This document shows, piece after piece, positions 10,486 through 22,588 of a stretch of DNA of 64,000 bases. Positions within the stretch are counted from its first letter, which is position 1, and each line of letters opens with the position of its first letter. Location: assembly GCA_000004985.1 (NCBI GenBank), contig GG738874.1. One strand, written 5' to 3'. A program made the translations under genes and the position numbers. The notes below the pieces were generated by a model. That model ran no database searches and was not told the DNA's origin. It saw only the letters and a program-made list of their open reading frames with translations. The stretch is from Naegleria gruberi. Lineage: Eukaryota.

Positions 10486-13400
10486 TTACTTTTCTTCTGT
10501 CATGACAGTTTCATCTTGCTTGGAATCTTCAGAGGATGATTGTTGGTTCTTTTCCTTATTGAGATTTGGTCGTCTGAATCTTGATGATTTAGATTGATTG
10601 GCTGATTCCTCTTCCCTATCATTCGATTCCTCTTCATCAGTTTTAACTTTCTTATTTGGCCTTTCAATATCTGTACTCGATGGTGTAACAGCTTGATTAT
10701 CTTCGGAATTTTCGTTTTCATCATTCTTAAATTCGTCAATTGAACGTTTTCCTGTGAATTTTTCATCTTCTTGAGAACTTGATTGAGCAGGAGTAGTATT
10801 TACATTAGAAGTGGTAGCAGTAGGATTTACAGTTGTTGATTCAGAGGTAGAAGGTGAGGCTGAGGATGAAGCAACAGGTGGAGTTACAACAGGTTTGATT
10901 TGAAGTAAGAGTTGTGCACGAAGACTTTCCTTCACCTTTTCAGCAGCACTCTTCTTTTCTTCATCCTTTTTACGAAGCTCTTCCTTCTTTCGTTCCTCTT
11001 CTTTCTTACGAGCCTCTTCTTCTCTCTTTCGTTCTTCCTCCTTCTTTCGTTCTTCTTCCCTTCTTGTGGCTTCCTCCTTCTTTCGTTCTTCCTCCTTTTT
11101 ACGCTCCTCTTCTTTCTTTCTTTCTTCTTCCTTCTTTCGTTCTTCTTCTTTCTTTCTTTCTTCCTCTTTCTTTTTTTCTTCTTCATCATCTTGTTTTATG
11201 GATTCTTCCTTAGGTGGTTCATCTCTAGTGCTTGGAGAAACACTTTGCTCACCAACAGATTCAGTATTCTTAAGTTTTTCTTCCAATGCCGATTTTTCAT
11301 TCTTTAATGTTTCAATCTTGGCCTTTTGATTACGAAGAATATCCATCATCTTGTCTTTCTTTTCCAATAATTGAGTCTTTTCCTTTTCTAGCTCTGAATG
11401 TTCGGATGACAATTTTGAAAATTTAGACTCTGACTCAGAGTTCTTAGTTTCCAAAGAATTAATCTTTGTCTTGAAAGTGGAAATTTGAATGTTGAGATTT
11501 TGAATATCAATCTTAAGCTGTTTAACCTTTTGAACTTCTGTATTGTACAACTCTTCCTTTTCTTTGACAGATTCTTCAAGAGATGACTTTTCTTTCACCA
11601 ATCTATCATGAACCTCTGGGTCAATTTGCTTGAATTTTTCAACCAAGTGTTGAGCCTTATTTTGATACTTGATAACATCTTCTCTAAGAGTAGATATTTC
11701 CTCTTCCCTCATTTCCTTTTCCTTCCTAAGTTCAATGATAGTTTGATTCATTGGAGCCATTTGCTTTCTAACATCAGTGAGATCTTCTCTTGTTTGATTC
11801 AACATTCTGTTGAGTTGATCATTTTGCTGTCTTAATGAAATATTACTTTCCTTAAAGACTTGGACTTGCTCTTGAAGATCGGCAATTTGTTGTCCAGTAC
11901 GATCTTGCTCTTTGGTATGATTTTGGGCCTTTTCTCTTTCAGTTGATAGCTCTGCTTGGGCATTTGCAAGTTCCTTATAGGCATGCTCTAACTTTTGTTT
12001 AGTATTTTTGAGCTCTTGTTCTGAAATAGCGAGTTTAGATCTTAACATTTCCTTCTCCCTTCTTATGAAAGAAATTGTTTCTTGGAGGCCTAGTACTTCT
12101 TGTGCATTCTCGTGAGAAACATTGTCAGATGAAGATGGAATTGTATTATCTTGCACCTTCTTGAGTTGAATATTTAAAGTTTCAACTCTAGAGAAGGAAA
12201 TTTCCAATTGTCTTTCTAAGTCCTTAACTCTTTGCTCAATTTCGTCTTTTTGTTTGATCAAATCTTCGTTTTGAGTTGTGAGAAGTCCAACTTTTCTCTC
12301 TGTTTCAGTTTCTTGATTTTTAACTGTGTGGTTAGCAGTTTCGAGTGATGCTTGAAGATTTTTAATCTCCTCTTTCTTCTCTTTCAATACTTCGACAGTG
12401 GCAGCATGTCTCATGAGTTCTTGTTCATAATTTTCTTGGGAATCTTTCCAGAGTTGAGTGTGTCTTCTCAAATCTTCTTTCAAAACTTCGATTCTCTTTT
12501 CATAAGTTTCAGCATTAGTCTTATTTTCGTGACCAGTATTTTCGAGAAGTTGCTTTTCCTTCTTATTTTGTTCAATAGATTCATTAAGATCGTGCTTCAA
12601 CTTTTCAATATCATCTTCTCTTTGTTTGAGAGTATGTCTAAGTGAGTCGATTTCTTGCTTGAGATTGGAAATTTCTGATATAAGAGTTTGAGCCTTGGAT
12701 TCAGTTGAATGCTTGAATTTGTCATAAGTTTCTGTCATCTCCTTCAGAGATTGTTCGTTGCTTTCAGCAAGTTCCTTCATTGTTTGAACTTTGGATTTTT
12801 CGTTTTCAAGAGAATCCTTGAGATACTCGTTTTCGTTTTGAAGCTTTGTGAATTGTAATTGAAGCTCAGAAATATCTGTAGAGGCAGTTTCAACGGTAGA
12901 TAAACCTATCATCTTCTTTTCCAAAATCTTGTTTAATCTATCTTCAGCTGCATTCAACTTTTGTTGAAGATTAGTACACTTTTCCATTTCGAATTCATAA
13001 TTAGTTCTCAATCTAGTGACTTCATCCTTCAGCTTTTGTAATTCAGAAATCTTCTTTTCTAACTTTTCATTGCTTTCTTGCTCTTGCAATTCAAGTTGAA
13101 CTCTGAGTTCTTTAGAAAGTACTCTTTCATCATCAAGAGTATGTTTAAGTTGGCTAATTTCTGATTTAGCTGATTCAAGCTCTTGTTGAGTTCTCTTTCT
13201 ATCATTGTCGTCCTTTTGCTCAAGACCTACTTGGATCTTTTGTAAACTAGAATAGAATTCATCGCTTCTTTGCAGTTGTACTTTCAATCCTTCAATTTCA
13301 GAATTCAATCTCTCGGTTCTTTGCTCGTGATATAATTTTTCAGATCTAAGTTGGATAATTTCTCTTTCCAAGTTTCTTATTTGATCATCCTTTGCTTCAT

Positions 13401-15591
13401 ACAAAACTCTTTGCTTATCCATACTATTTTGAAGTGAAGAAATTGTTTTTGTCAGAGAATCATTAATATCTCTAACTCTATTCAACTCTTTCATACTATA
13501 ATCCCTTTCCATAGAAGTGCTTTGATTACTTTCCTTTAAAAATTCAACTTCAGAAGTTAAACGAGCAACACTAGAGTGGAGAGTTGTGATCTTATCATTC
13601 TTGAAAGCAATTTCATCTTGGAGAGCCTTCTTCTCTCTAGCAACTTCTTGTTGAAGCTCTCTAAAGTCTTTCAAGTTCATGAATTCTCTGTTTACATCTT
13701 GTGAAGCATTGGAAGATTTTTGGACAGGTTCTGGAGTTGAAGAGGATGTTGCACTCTTTTCTTCCAACAGTGATTTAAGAATATCTCTTTGTTTGATAAG
13801 AGCTTGAGTTTTTTCTTCTTGGCGTTTGCTTTCTCGTTTTAATTCCTCAACCTGTTTGAGAGCTTCAAGAATCTTTTCTTGGAAGTCTGCTGCCAATAGT
13901 TCTTGGGCATTCTTGGCTTCTTCTTCTTTTCTTGTGGCAAGATCTCTTATTGTGCCAAGGAGTTCTACATTTCTCTTTTGCAATTCATCAATATTATCAA
14001 AAGGTACTAATCTTTGAGTAATTACAGCATTAGCATCCATGTGAGAAGCAGATTCAACACTATAGTGATTTTCTCTCAATAAAGTTCTTACTTGTACAGA
14101 TAAATCTTCAGTAACTTTTTGAGCAGTAGTGAGAGACTTTTTAAGTTTATCCCTTTCGTTTCTAATGTCTATTAATTCGTCCTTCATAGATTGACATGTT
14201 TGAATGAGTTCTTGCTTTTGTTTTGTTAAAATAGTATATGAAGATCTAAGTTGTTCGTATTCCTCTCTCTGAGCTTGCATTATTGGAGCCTTTTCTTCTA
14301 AATCCTTTAATATTCCAGAAAGCACTTCATTTAATCTCTTGTTTTCATTTCTGGACTTTAGTAATTCATCACTAGTTTTTACAAACTTGGTGTAAATATC
14401 ACTAGGGCTAATACCTTGGTTAACTAGGGTTGATGCACGAAGTTGGGCATTTTGCTCCAAGTCGCGATTATGCTTGTTAATTTGTTCTTCCAATTGACGG
14501 ATTTTATCCTTTGATTGTCTTAGTTCTTGAGATATTTCTTCTCTTTCAGTTTCAAAGGTTTGATCCATTCTTTGTTTAGAATCCTTAAGTGTGGAAAGTT
14601 GTTTTTCAAGCTCTTTGATTTTATCTTCCAAATCCTCATGTCTATTTTTGTATAAATCGGATAACCTCTTTTCATTAGAAAGTTCCTCTTTTAACCTATC
14701 AATTTCTTCAAGGTGATTATTCTTACACTCTCTAATCTCGGTTATCTTTTGTTGGTACTTTTGTTGATATTCCTTGTTTGATTGTTCCAAAGAATTCAAT
14801 TTCTCAGTTAAACTAGTTATAGTTTCACTGTCTTTTGTTGCTTGTATTTGGAGGTCATTCAATTGAAGGATGTAATCCGATTTAAGCTTTGTATTTTGTT
14901 CTTGTTTTGATGAAAGCTCCGAGTTAAACCATTGATTTTGCTTTTCTAATGATTCCTTCTCTTGTTGTAGCTTCTCAATAGTAAACTTGAGAGGTAACAA
15001 AGATGAAGAAGTTTCTTGAAGCTTTTCCTCTAGTTCCTTTTTAGATTTAAAATGTTCAGTAATTTTTTGGTTAAGTGACTCGATATGTGCTGTATAGAAT
15101 ATACCAATCAATTAACTATTTAACATACAATTTAGATCATCAACTTCTTTAGTTTTCTTTTCTAATAGTGATGTTAATCTAGATTTTTCAATCTTTAGAT
15201 CTTCATTCTGGGTATTAGCTTGGTCCAACTCCATCCTTTGCTCGTGCCACCTCTTTTCCGCATCTTTAATTTGTTTTGTAAGATGGTCCAATTGTTCCTG
15301 GTAACTTTTGTTTTCGCTCTTGAAATGTTCAATCCTTTCCTTGAGAAGCTGACTATCTTCAAGTTTAGAATTTTCTTGTTGCTCAAATTTGTTCATCAGA
15401 GACTCGTTGGCGAGTCTGATTGTTTTAATTTCCTCTCTACATTCCAAAAGTTCATCGTCCTTTTTAGAAATATATTCTTGGGCCTTTTTAATAATTTCAA
15501 GAGGATTATTGCCGATTTGCTCTAGCTCCTCAGCTGTGAGAAAAGAAAGTTTGGATACTTCATCAGCAAGCGAGCGATCAACTATCGACAT
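10486..15591 (-). CDS. tpr: Nuclear-pore basket coiled-coil protein TPR/Mlp homologue. A 39-nt intron at 15080-15118 contains the apparent stop between the two listed ORFs.
   Basis: About 1700 aa of continuous coiled coil. TPR-specific blocks are present: EKAPIMQAQREEYEQL (TPR has EAKAPILKRQREEYERA) and ISFIRREKEMLRSK (TPR has LRFIRREKEIAETR). The start is MSIVDRSLADE at 15591. The spliced join ...DDLNS|HIESLNQKITEH is in frame. Confidence 0.75.
10965..11195. repeat. 18-nt tandem repeat (about 12 units) encoding (ERKKEE)n inside the TPR coding sequence
   Basis: Near-perfect repeats of ttctttcgttcttcctcc on the + strand. The translation is EERKKEEERKKEEERKKEE... Confidence 0.7.
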
Positions 15592-16427
15592 TTTTTTAAT
15601 GTGTTGTAAGATGATGAAGAATATTCTCATACAAGCATGGTACAAGTAATACAATCACATTGGATTGCCTATTATCATCAAATTGATTCTATCATTTTCA
15701 TTATTGAAGACGAAGGAAGTATTCATAACTGCCAGGAGGTCAAAGTTTTGCAACAACAACAACAAGACGAAACAGTCATGCTGATGTTAAAAATAACAAG
15801 ACAAACAAAAACAATCCGATTTTATTTAAAAAAATTTAGAAATAATTTTTCAATTTTTAATCAAATTTGGCTTTTCCGATATCATATTCCTTTCTCGTCC
15901 TCAATAAATTCAAGTCTTACCAGCAAGGAAAACTAGATTTTTCTTAAAAATCCAACCAAGAACCCAACTTTACTCAACAGTCATACTCGTTTGTTCATTT
16001 CAAGTTTATAATCTCTCCTGCAATTTGGTAGCAAAAACTCATTTTTGAAAAAAGCAGTTTACGCTCAAGCAAAACAACTATCATCAAGATTTAGCTTGAA
16101 AGCGTTCAAACAGCAAGCAAAACAATCATCTTCACCAAACAAACGGAAGAACCAGATTCCGCAACGCACCAAGTAGTAGATTATCAACCATTCTATTTGG
16201 ACTGTATTATAGTAGTAATAATAGTAGTAGTGGTGATTAATCATTGTTTTTCAAGTCTGTCTTGCTTTTTGAAATAATTTAAAGAGAATATTGTTAGCAG
16301 AAGGAATTTAAATATTGGGGAATCTGTATATACAAGATAATTGTACAATTAATTGATGAATCATCATTAGCCTTTGTAAATCTTCCAAACAATTTGTTTG
16401 TAAATTAATAATTATTAATCAATCATC
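15592..16427. promoter_or_regulatory. Divergent intergenic region between tpr (- strand) and the kinase gene (+ strand); a putative shared promoter
   Basis: About 840 bp of AT-rich, ORF-poor sequence with a (tagtag)n microsatellite near 16200-16240. It lies between two start codons that face away from each other. Confidence 0.3.
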
Positions 16428-18908
16428 ATGAAATCACAAAAAACCATTAGTATTCCCACTCCAACTCCAAAACGATCATCAAGAAATACCTCATCCGATG
16501 ATGACGATGATGATGATTCGGATTCATTGACTTTTAGTAGAAATCGTAATTATGGACCAACATCATCCTCACTCAACTCTTCCCTTTTCAAAAACACCTT
16601 ACTCAATAATAGAGAAGCCTATCAAAAACACAAATTACCTTCCCTTACCACCACAACAGCTCCCTCTCTTCCCAAAACACAACAAAAAACCACCAGATCT
16701 GCCTCAATAACAACCAACAATAGAAAACCATCTCCTTCCCTTCTTCAACCTCCTATTTCTTCGAGTTTGCTCACTCCAAACTTTCTAAGCAATACCAATA
16801 ATTTAAAAGACAGCGAGAAGTTATTACTTGATTTTGTTCAAGTATATGAAAAACAACAATCTCTCAAAAGTGCAAGTAGTGCCTCTAATTCATCAGATAA
16901 ATTGAGTGATGATGAAGATCCTTATTTAATTCTTTCTTCATCATTCAATCAAGGTGGATGGGAACACAGCTATTCAAAATTAGAAGAAGAAATATTAGAA
17001 AGTCCAACAATTACTGATCCAGGAAATTATAGTCAGAGCTTTCATTCAATTTCTGAAATTTCTAAAAACAAGCAAAATAAGAGAAATTGGTTCAGATTCA
17101 TGAAAATGGAAGGTGATTCACTTGAAGATTGTTCTGATGATGAATCATCTGCTCCACAAGTTGACAAAAAGGAGATTCTTCTTTTATTCTTGCTTCAACA
17201 TGCTGCCAATCAGTTAAATCCTGATATGGGATTCTTTGTATCATTATGTAAACATTTGACACATCTAGGATACTTTTCAAATAGAATGACAGACGAATCA
17301 TTCATCAAAACTCTATGTAAAGATTTCATGGAAGATATTACAAACATTTTCCCAGTATCAGCACTTGAGGTAGAAGAAACTAATAGAGGCATAGTTAGAT
17401 CAGAAAGTTATTCTTCCTATCTATCTGATATTCCTCATTCTCCAGGTGCAAATAGAGAGTTCTTTGGAGCTCTTGAAAGCTCACCAGTTATTGATTCCAT
17501 GTTTTATAATGCAAAGAGATTAGAATCTGATTATCATCATTTTCAAAAACTTGGAAAGGAGAAACCATACTCTTCTGTAATTAAAGCCATCCATAAGATA
17601 GATGGAAGAGCCTATGCCATCAAGAAGGTTAAATTTCACTTTTCAAATACTTTTGAGCTGGAACATGTGTATTCATATGTTGTAAATGAGATCAAAAATC
17701 TTGCTAAATTAGATAACGAGAATATTATTAGATATAACTCTGCTTGGTTCGAACCTTATAGAGACAACTCTTTACCATCACCCAGTGAGAAGAATTTATC
17801 ATGTTCTCATCCAGAATGTGGTTCTCCAATATGGAGTGATTCATATGTAAATAGTCTTAATATAGAAAATGACTTGAAAAATGAAAGTTTGGAATCCAAG
17901 GGTAAGAAGACGGATGTCGAGTTTGAGTTTACTCCAAAGAGAAAACCAGATATACCACCATCTCCTCCTCCTTCAATGTCCTACTTTGAATTTGCTCTCA
18001 AGAGAGGAAAAGAAACCTCAAAAAGAAAGAGTGAAAGTATTGATAGTACTACACGAGATATAACATCTAATGTAAAGTCAATGCTTCACGAAATGTTCAA
18101 TGTGAATAATCACTTTGAAATGGTACTTTATATTGTTATGCAACTTTGTGAAGGAACAACTCTTGAGAATTGGCTATTGCAGTCAGAAAAGAAAAAGAAT
18201 AGAAAGACCAACCTTATTGACATTTTGAAAATATTCAAAAGAATTGTCAAGGGAGTCTGTCACATTCACGAAAGAGGTCTTGTTCATAATAATTTGAAAC
18301 CAAACAATATCTTTGTAGCTTCAAATCATAGAATCAAAATTGCTGACTTTGGTGTTGCCAAATACTTACAGGAATGCTTGCTTAACCACAAGAAATGTAA
18401 GAACAAAGAATCTTCACCAAATAGAAAGAGATCTCATACATTTAGCGAGCAAGGATCTCTTTATGCCAGTCCAGAACAAATCTTCAATCAAAAATTTGAT
18501 CAAAAGGGAGATATTTATTCATTGGGAGTTATACTTTTTGAGTTGATATCTCCTCCATTTGTAACTACTACAGAGCGAGTTCATGTTCTTTCACAACTTA
18601 GAAAACGAGAAATATCAGAAGAAATGCTCAAATCTTTCCCAAGAGAAATTGAGATAATTAAGCAATGTTTAGACAAACCTAACAATAGGCCAACTGCTCC
18701 TGAACTCCTTCAGAAGGTAACAAGATTGATCAAAGCTTACAAGATTGAAGGTAGATTCTCCTCCTCGGGAGTATTTAAACACACAAATTCTAGCAGTAAT
18801 TTGCACTTTCCTTCTTTTGATACCATACGAGAAAAGAACAAAATTATTGAAGAGCAACAACGACAAATTGAGTTACTGAAAGAACAATTAAGAAAACAAC
18901 AACAATAA
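16428..18908 (+). CDS. eIF2-alpha-kinase-like protein kinase with a large kinase insert. The catalytic-loop motif is HNN instead of HRD, so it may be a pseudokinase.
   Basis: 826-aa ORF. It carries a VAIK-like block (YAIKKVKF), an alphaC glutamate, a long insert between subdomains IV and V (the eIF2AK hallmark), then LVHNNLKPNNIFV, IADFGVAK and LYASPEQI. The N-terminus is Ser/Asp-rich. Confidence 0.7.
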   Translation: MKSQKTISIPTPTPKRSSRNTSSDDDDDDDSDSLTFSRNRNYGPTSSSLNSSLFKNTLLNNREAYQKHKLPSLTTTTAPSLPKTQQKTTRSASITTNNRKPSPSLLQPPISSSLLTPNFLSNTNNLKDSEKLLLDFVQVYEKQQSLKSASSASNSSDKLSDDEDPYLILSSSFNQGGWEHSYSKLEEEILESPTITDPGNYSQSFHSISEISKNKQNKRNWFRFMKMEGDSLEDCSDDESSAPQVDKKEILLLFLLQHAANQLNPDMGFFVSLCKHLTHLGYFSNRMTDESFIKTLCKDFMEDITNIFPVSALEVEETNRGIVRSESYSSYLSDIPHSPGANREFFGALESSPVIDSMFYNAKRLESDYHHFQKLGKEKPYSSVIKAIHKIDGRAYAIKKVKFHFSNTFELEHVYSYVVNEIKNLAKLDNENIIRYNSAWFEPYRDNSLPSPSEKNLSCSHPECGSPIWSDSYVNSLNIENDLKNESLESKGKKTDVEFEFTPKRKPDIPPSPPPSMSYFEFALKRGKETSKRKSESIDSTTRDITSNVKSMLHEMFNVNNHFEMVLYIVMQLCEGTTLENWLLQSEKKKNRKTNLIDILKIFKRIVKGVCHIHERGLVHNNLKPNNIFVASNHRIKIADFGVAKYLQECLLNHKKCKNKESSPNRKRSHTFSEQGSLYASPEQIFNQKFDQKGDIYSLGVILFELISPPFVTTTERVHVLSQLRKREISEEMLKSFPREIEIIKQCLDKPNNRPTAPELLQKVTRLIKAYKIEGRFSSSGVFKHTNSSSNLHFPSFDTIREKNKIIEEQQRQIELLKEQLRKQQQ

Positions 18909-18941
18909 TAATACAGGTCATTATTTTAATGGTAAACAAGT

Positions 18942-20011
18942 TTAATCTTTCTTTTCTTTTCTTTCAATAAATTCACAACACAAAATGAACTTTAAAATTC
19001 TGAGAACGAATACTAAAATTACAATAGCAATCCACAAACCAAGTGATGCCAAATATCCAACAATATACTTGGTTGGATAGTATTCACAATCTTTGTAACT
19101 GTAATTGAATCCATCAGCAGACTTTTCAATTTCAAACAAACCAACATTACCACCAAAATCACCTTGAATTGATTTAACTGTAAATTCTTGAGCTCCTTCC
19201 TTGTGTGTATATTTACAACCAAAGTGATCATGACCATTGAAAATATATTTTGGTTTGAGTTGAGTAAGGATAACTTGTGATGTCTTTGGAGTTAAAAAGT
19301 TTTGCTCAATTGNNNNNNNNNNNNNNNNNNNNNNNNNNNNNNNNNNNNNNNNNNNNNNNNNNCCATACTGTTAATGGTTACAGCCAAAACCTTCCTATTT
19401 CCATTTTCATAAATGATATCTTTTCTATTTTGAACTCCAAAACTAGCAATAAATCTTTGAATTCTAAAGAAATTAGCTTCAAAACCATAACCAATATCAT
19501 GATTACCAGTTAAATTAACCAAATATGGGAAGTTTAAATTACGTAAATCAGAAGAACCTCTCTCTTTTACCATTCTTTGTTCTTCATGTAAATCTCCACT
19601 TCTCATCTTGAATATTCTATTCACAAAACCAAACATTCCAGAAAAGATTGAATTAAATCTATCAACTCTCAAATAAAATTCCTGATTAGAAACGTGTTGA
19701 GATGAGAATAAATCACCCAACATGTAAATTGCATCCGGTCTCAACAAGTAATGAATATTTTGGAATACCAATTTAAAATAATAATCGTTAAAGTAATTAT
19801 TGAGCAATCCATAATTTCCCTGATGATAAACTTTTGTATCTCCTTCCATTTGTGGATCCGCAATCATGGCAATTCTTCTTGAATTACTTTTTGACCAATG
19901 ACAACTCAATGGTGAAAAAGCCATATAACTTGTCATGTACATTAGAGACAAGCAATAAATTAAAGAAACAATCAGGATAAATTTAAAGCATCCCGAAGTT
20001 GTTGTTGACAT
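18942..20011 (-). CDS. Metallophosphoesterase of the MPPE1/CDC1 (PGAP5-like) type, interrupted by a 50-N assembly gap
   Basis: Blocks IAMIADPQMEGD, YMLGDLFS, LTGNHDIGYG and, past the gap, YIFNGHDHFGCKY followed by a C-terminal transmembrane segment. The reading frame differs on the two sides of the N run, which is expected if the gap length is arbitrary. Confidence 0.6.
19313..19362. other. Assembly gap (50 N)
   Basis: A literal run of n in the sequence. Confidence 0.95.
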
Positions 20012-20287
20012 TTTTTTTTCTTGATTGTTTAAAGTTGCTTGATGATCAAGTGATGAATCAGAGAGTCAAGTTCGGAAGTGAAATCAATCTGTCAACACAG
20101 ATCGGAATGATTTTTAACACGTGTGTTTCAATATTGAGTATTTCATTGTTGTGAAATTCGAAAGGATGTTATTATTAATGGAATATTGATTTTAATAAAT
20201 TATTTTGTTGTGAAATATAAATTACAGGTTTGATGCTAGAAGAATTCAGTGTGAGTTTTTAACATCTTGTGAAAAAATGTTTACAAA

Positions 20288-22266
20288 ACTATTGTTGTTT
20301 GGAGTGTGTGGATTCTTCAGTTGGATCGGTAAGACATGGATTATTAACAATCTTTCTTCCATTCTTAACCAACAAGAAATAAATAATAACAGTAAGAGCA
20401 ATGTAAATTAAGAGATTAAGAAGACCACCTAAAAATTATAAATTTCGTTTCATTAATATATAGTGCACAACTATGGAAATTTACATACCCGATGTAGTTG
20501 CCTTTGAAGCACTGGCAGCAACCATGAATAAGGAAACAAAGAATCCATATTTAAGAACTGAGAAGAAGACATTGGATTGATTTTCTTGTTCAAATGGAGA
20601 CTTGGCATTGGATTTAACAGCATATTTACCCAAAAGCAAGTTGACAGAGTCTTGCTTGATACCATCCTTAAAGTTATTCAAATAATATCTAGTAGCAGAG
20701 TTGATACCATCGTTCAAGAGACCGTTGAGTGTTCTCTTTCCTGTTCTGGTAAAATCTGCCTTAATAGCTCCAGTACCAGCATAAATGAAACTGATTCTAT
20801 CACCATTATCAGCCCAAACTATTAATCAAATATATATCTGGGTTAATTTTAACTAGAAAACTTACTGTTTTGGAATGTATAGTTCAATGACTTTTGATCA
20901 GCAACTTTTTGACTAGATGGCATAACATTCAAACTAGTCAATTGAGTAGCCAAAACAATCTTGGCAAAAATGCTTTGACAAACGTTGGTTCTATCCAAAC
21001 AGTCAATACAATTAGAACGAATAATACCAGTTTGTTCTGAGAGAATTTGACCAGTTGAAACGTTCATTTGGAAATATCCATGTTGCTTCAAAGATGGTTC
21101 TACTTGATCAGTCAATTCAGAAATAGCAGAATAGTTCATTGATTTACACTTATTGTGGAAATCAAAAGCAATATACTTGAGGTCAGAGTTCTTTGGATAT
21201 GACTTGTATTGAACTTCGTATTCATCAGCCAAAACCTTTTCAGATCCCTTTTGATTGATCAAGTTGACAATAGCAATATTTTGATAACGTGGCAAAACTC
21301 CATCAAAGTGCTTTTCGAATGACTTTCCTTCCTTCTTCAAATAAGTTGGTGGCTTGTATTGAATGTTGGCCTTTTGAGTCCAAAGCAATGGAATACTACC
21401 ACGAAGTTGCATGAATGAAATAAAGTTATTGTTATATTCAATGATTTGTTCAGTTTCAACAAAGTTAGCAACGTTACCCAAGAAATCAGCACCTCTCATA
21501 TTGTATCTGGTACCAACTCTCTTGCATCCCAATCTAGACAAAATAGTCAAATTGAAAGATTTATCTTCAACTTTAGCTTCCTTGGTTTCAACAACTAAAG
21601 ATCAAAATTATAAATCCACACACACAAAATTTCACAACTTACATCCACGAATAGTTGGAACAAACCATCCTTGAGCAGCTTCCTTTCCAGTGAAATCTCT
21701 AGTTAAGAAACCATTCCACAAGAAATGATCATCGGACTTATATTATATTAAAATCCTCTAATAATTCCTTCAGAGAAACCTACCTTTTCACCAACAACAT
21801 TCAAAGTTGAAGCTTGTTTAAACCAATTTTGAGTGGAAACAGTAGCATCATAAGAGTAAGAGAAATAGAAAGTTCCATCATTCAAAATTGTTGTCAAGAG
21901 TTCCAAATATCTACTTTCATCGGCTTGGTGTTGAGTAGGAACAGGCTTTTGATAATATGGAATGATCTTAACTTCGCCAATAGAATTAATTGTATGAACC
22001 TTATCAATAGTGGCAACAGGAGTACTTGATTTAACAACAACCAAATAAAAACCAGCCAACAATTCAATAGATCCCAAAACTGCACTCAATTTTTGAGAAG
22101 AAATCTTCTTTACTGATGATGCATCAAAATCAGCTCCGAGTGATTTAATTGAATTATTTGAACGATTAATCTCAAGTGATGATGCTTCACCTTCCCTATT
22201 CTTTCCTTGGAGAATAAAACTTTCAGCAGTTTCGATCAATTCAATTTGTTGGTAACAAGTTTTCAT
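20288..22266 (-). CDS. sac1: Sac1-type phosphoinositide phosphatase, multi-exon (5 or more exons)
   Basis: The catalytic CX5R(T) motif is present ([16 protein letters not shown]), with an N-terminal Sac-domain exon (22266-about 21790) and a C-terminal block [30 protein letters not shown]. The last exon encodes a transmembrane segment and ends at a TAG at 20288-20290. Confidence 0.8.
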
Positions 22267-22588
22267 TTTTTTTAATAATAATTTTTTTTAAAAATTGAAA
22301 AGATCAAAGTCCAATTTCCCGTCTCGGTTTTTCGGATTTTTCAAAGCCTTGATGTTGATGATAATATCTTAATGTTTTTAAAAGAAGTGAAAGAACTTTT
22401 TTGTACTATGGATATTAAGACTTAGAATGAAAAATTACTGTGATCATGTGATAAACATTAGAAGATATTCAAAGAAGAAGAAGAAAATTGAAGAAGGAAC
22501 AACACGTGTTTAATTCCGAACAAGATTGAGTTAATTTCAAAAACCTACATCATAGAATAACTCCAAAGCATTTAATTATTATCAGAAC

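Noticed and set aside
10912-11329. Several + strand ORFs (poly-F/L/S, 87-131 aa) that overlap the TPR gene, and similar poly-S/H ORFs at 8957-9345 that are antisense to LTV1
   Set aside because: They are translations of the reverse strand of the (ERKKEE)n repeat and of the acidic codon repeats. They are low-complexity artefacts with no start or stop context of their own.
15112-15114. A stop codon that appears to split TPR into two genes
   Set aside because: The stop lies inside a 39-nt GTATGT...ACAG intron at 15080-15118. Both ORFs are in the same frame and the spliced join matches TPR homology.
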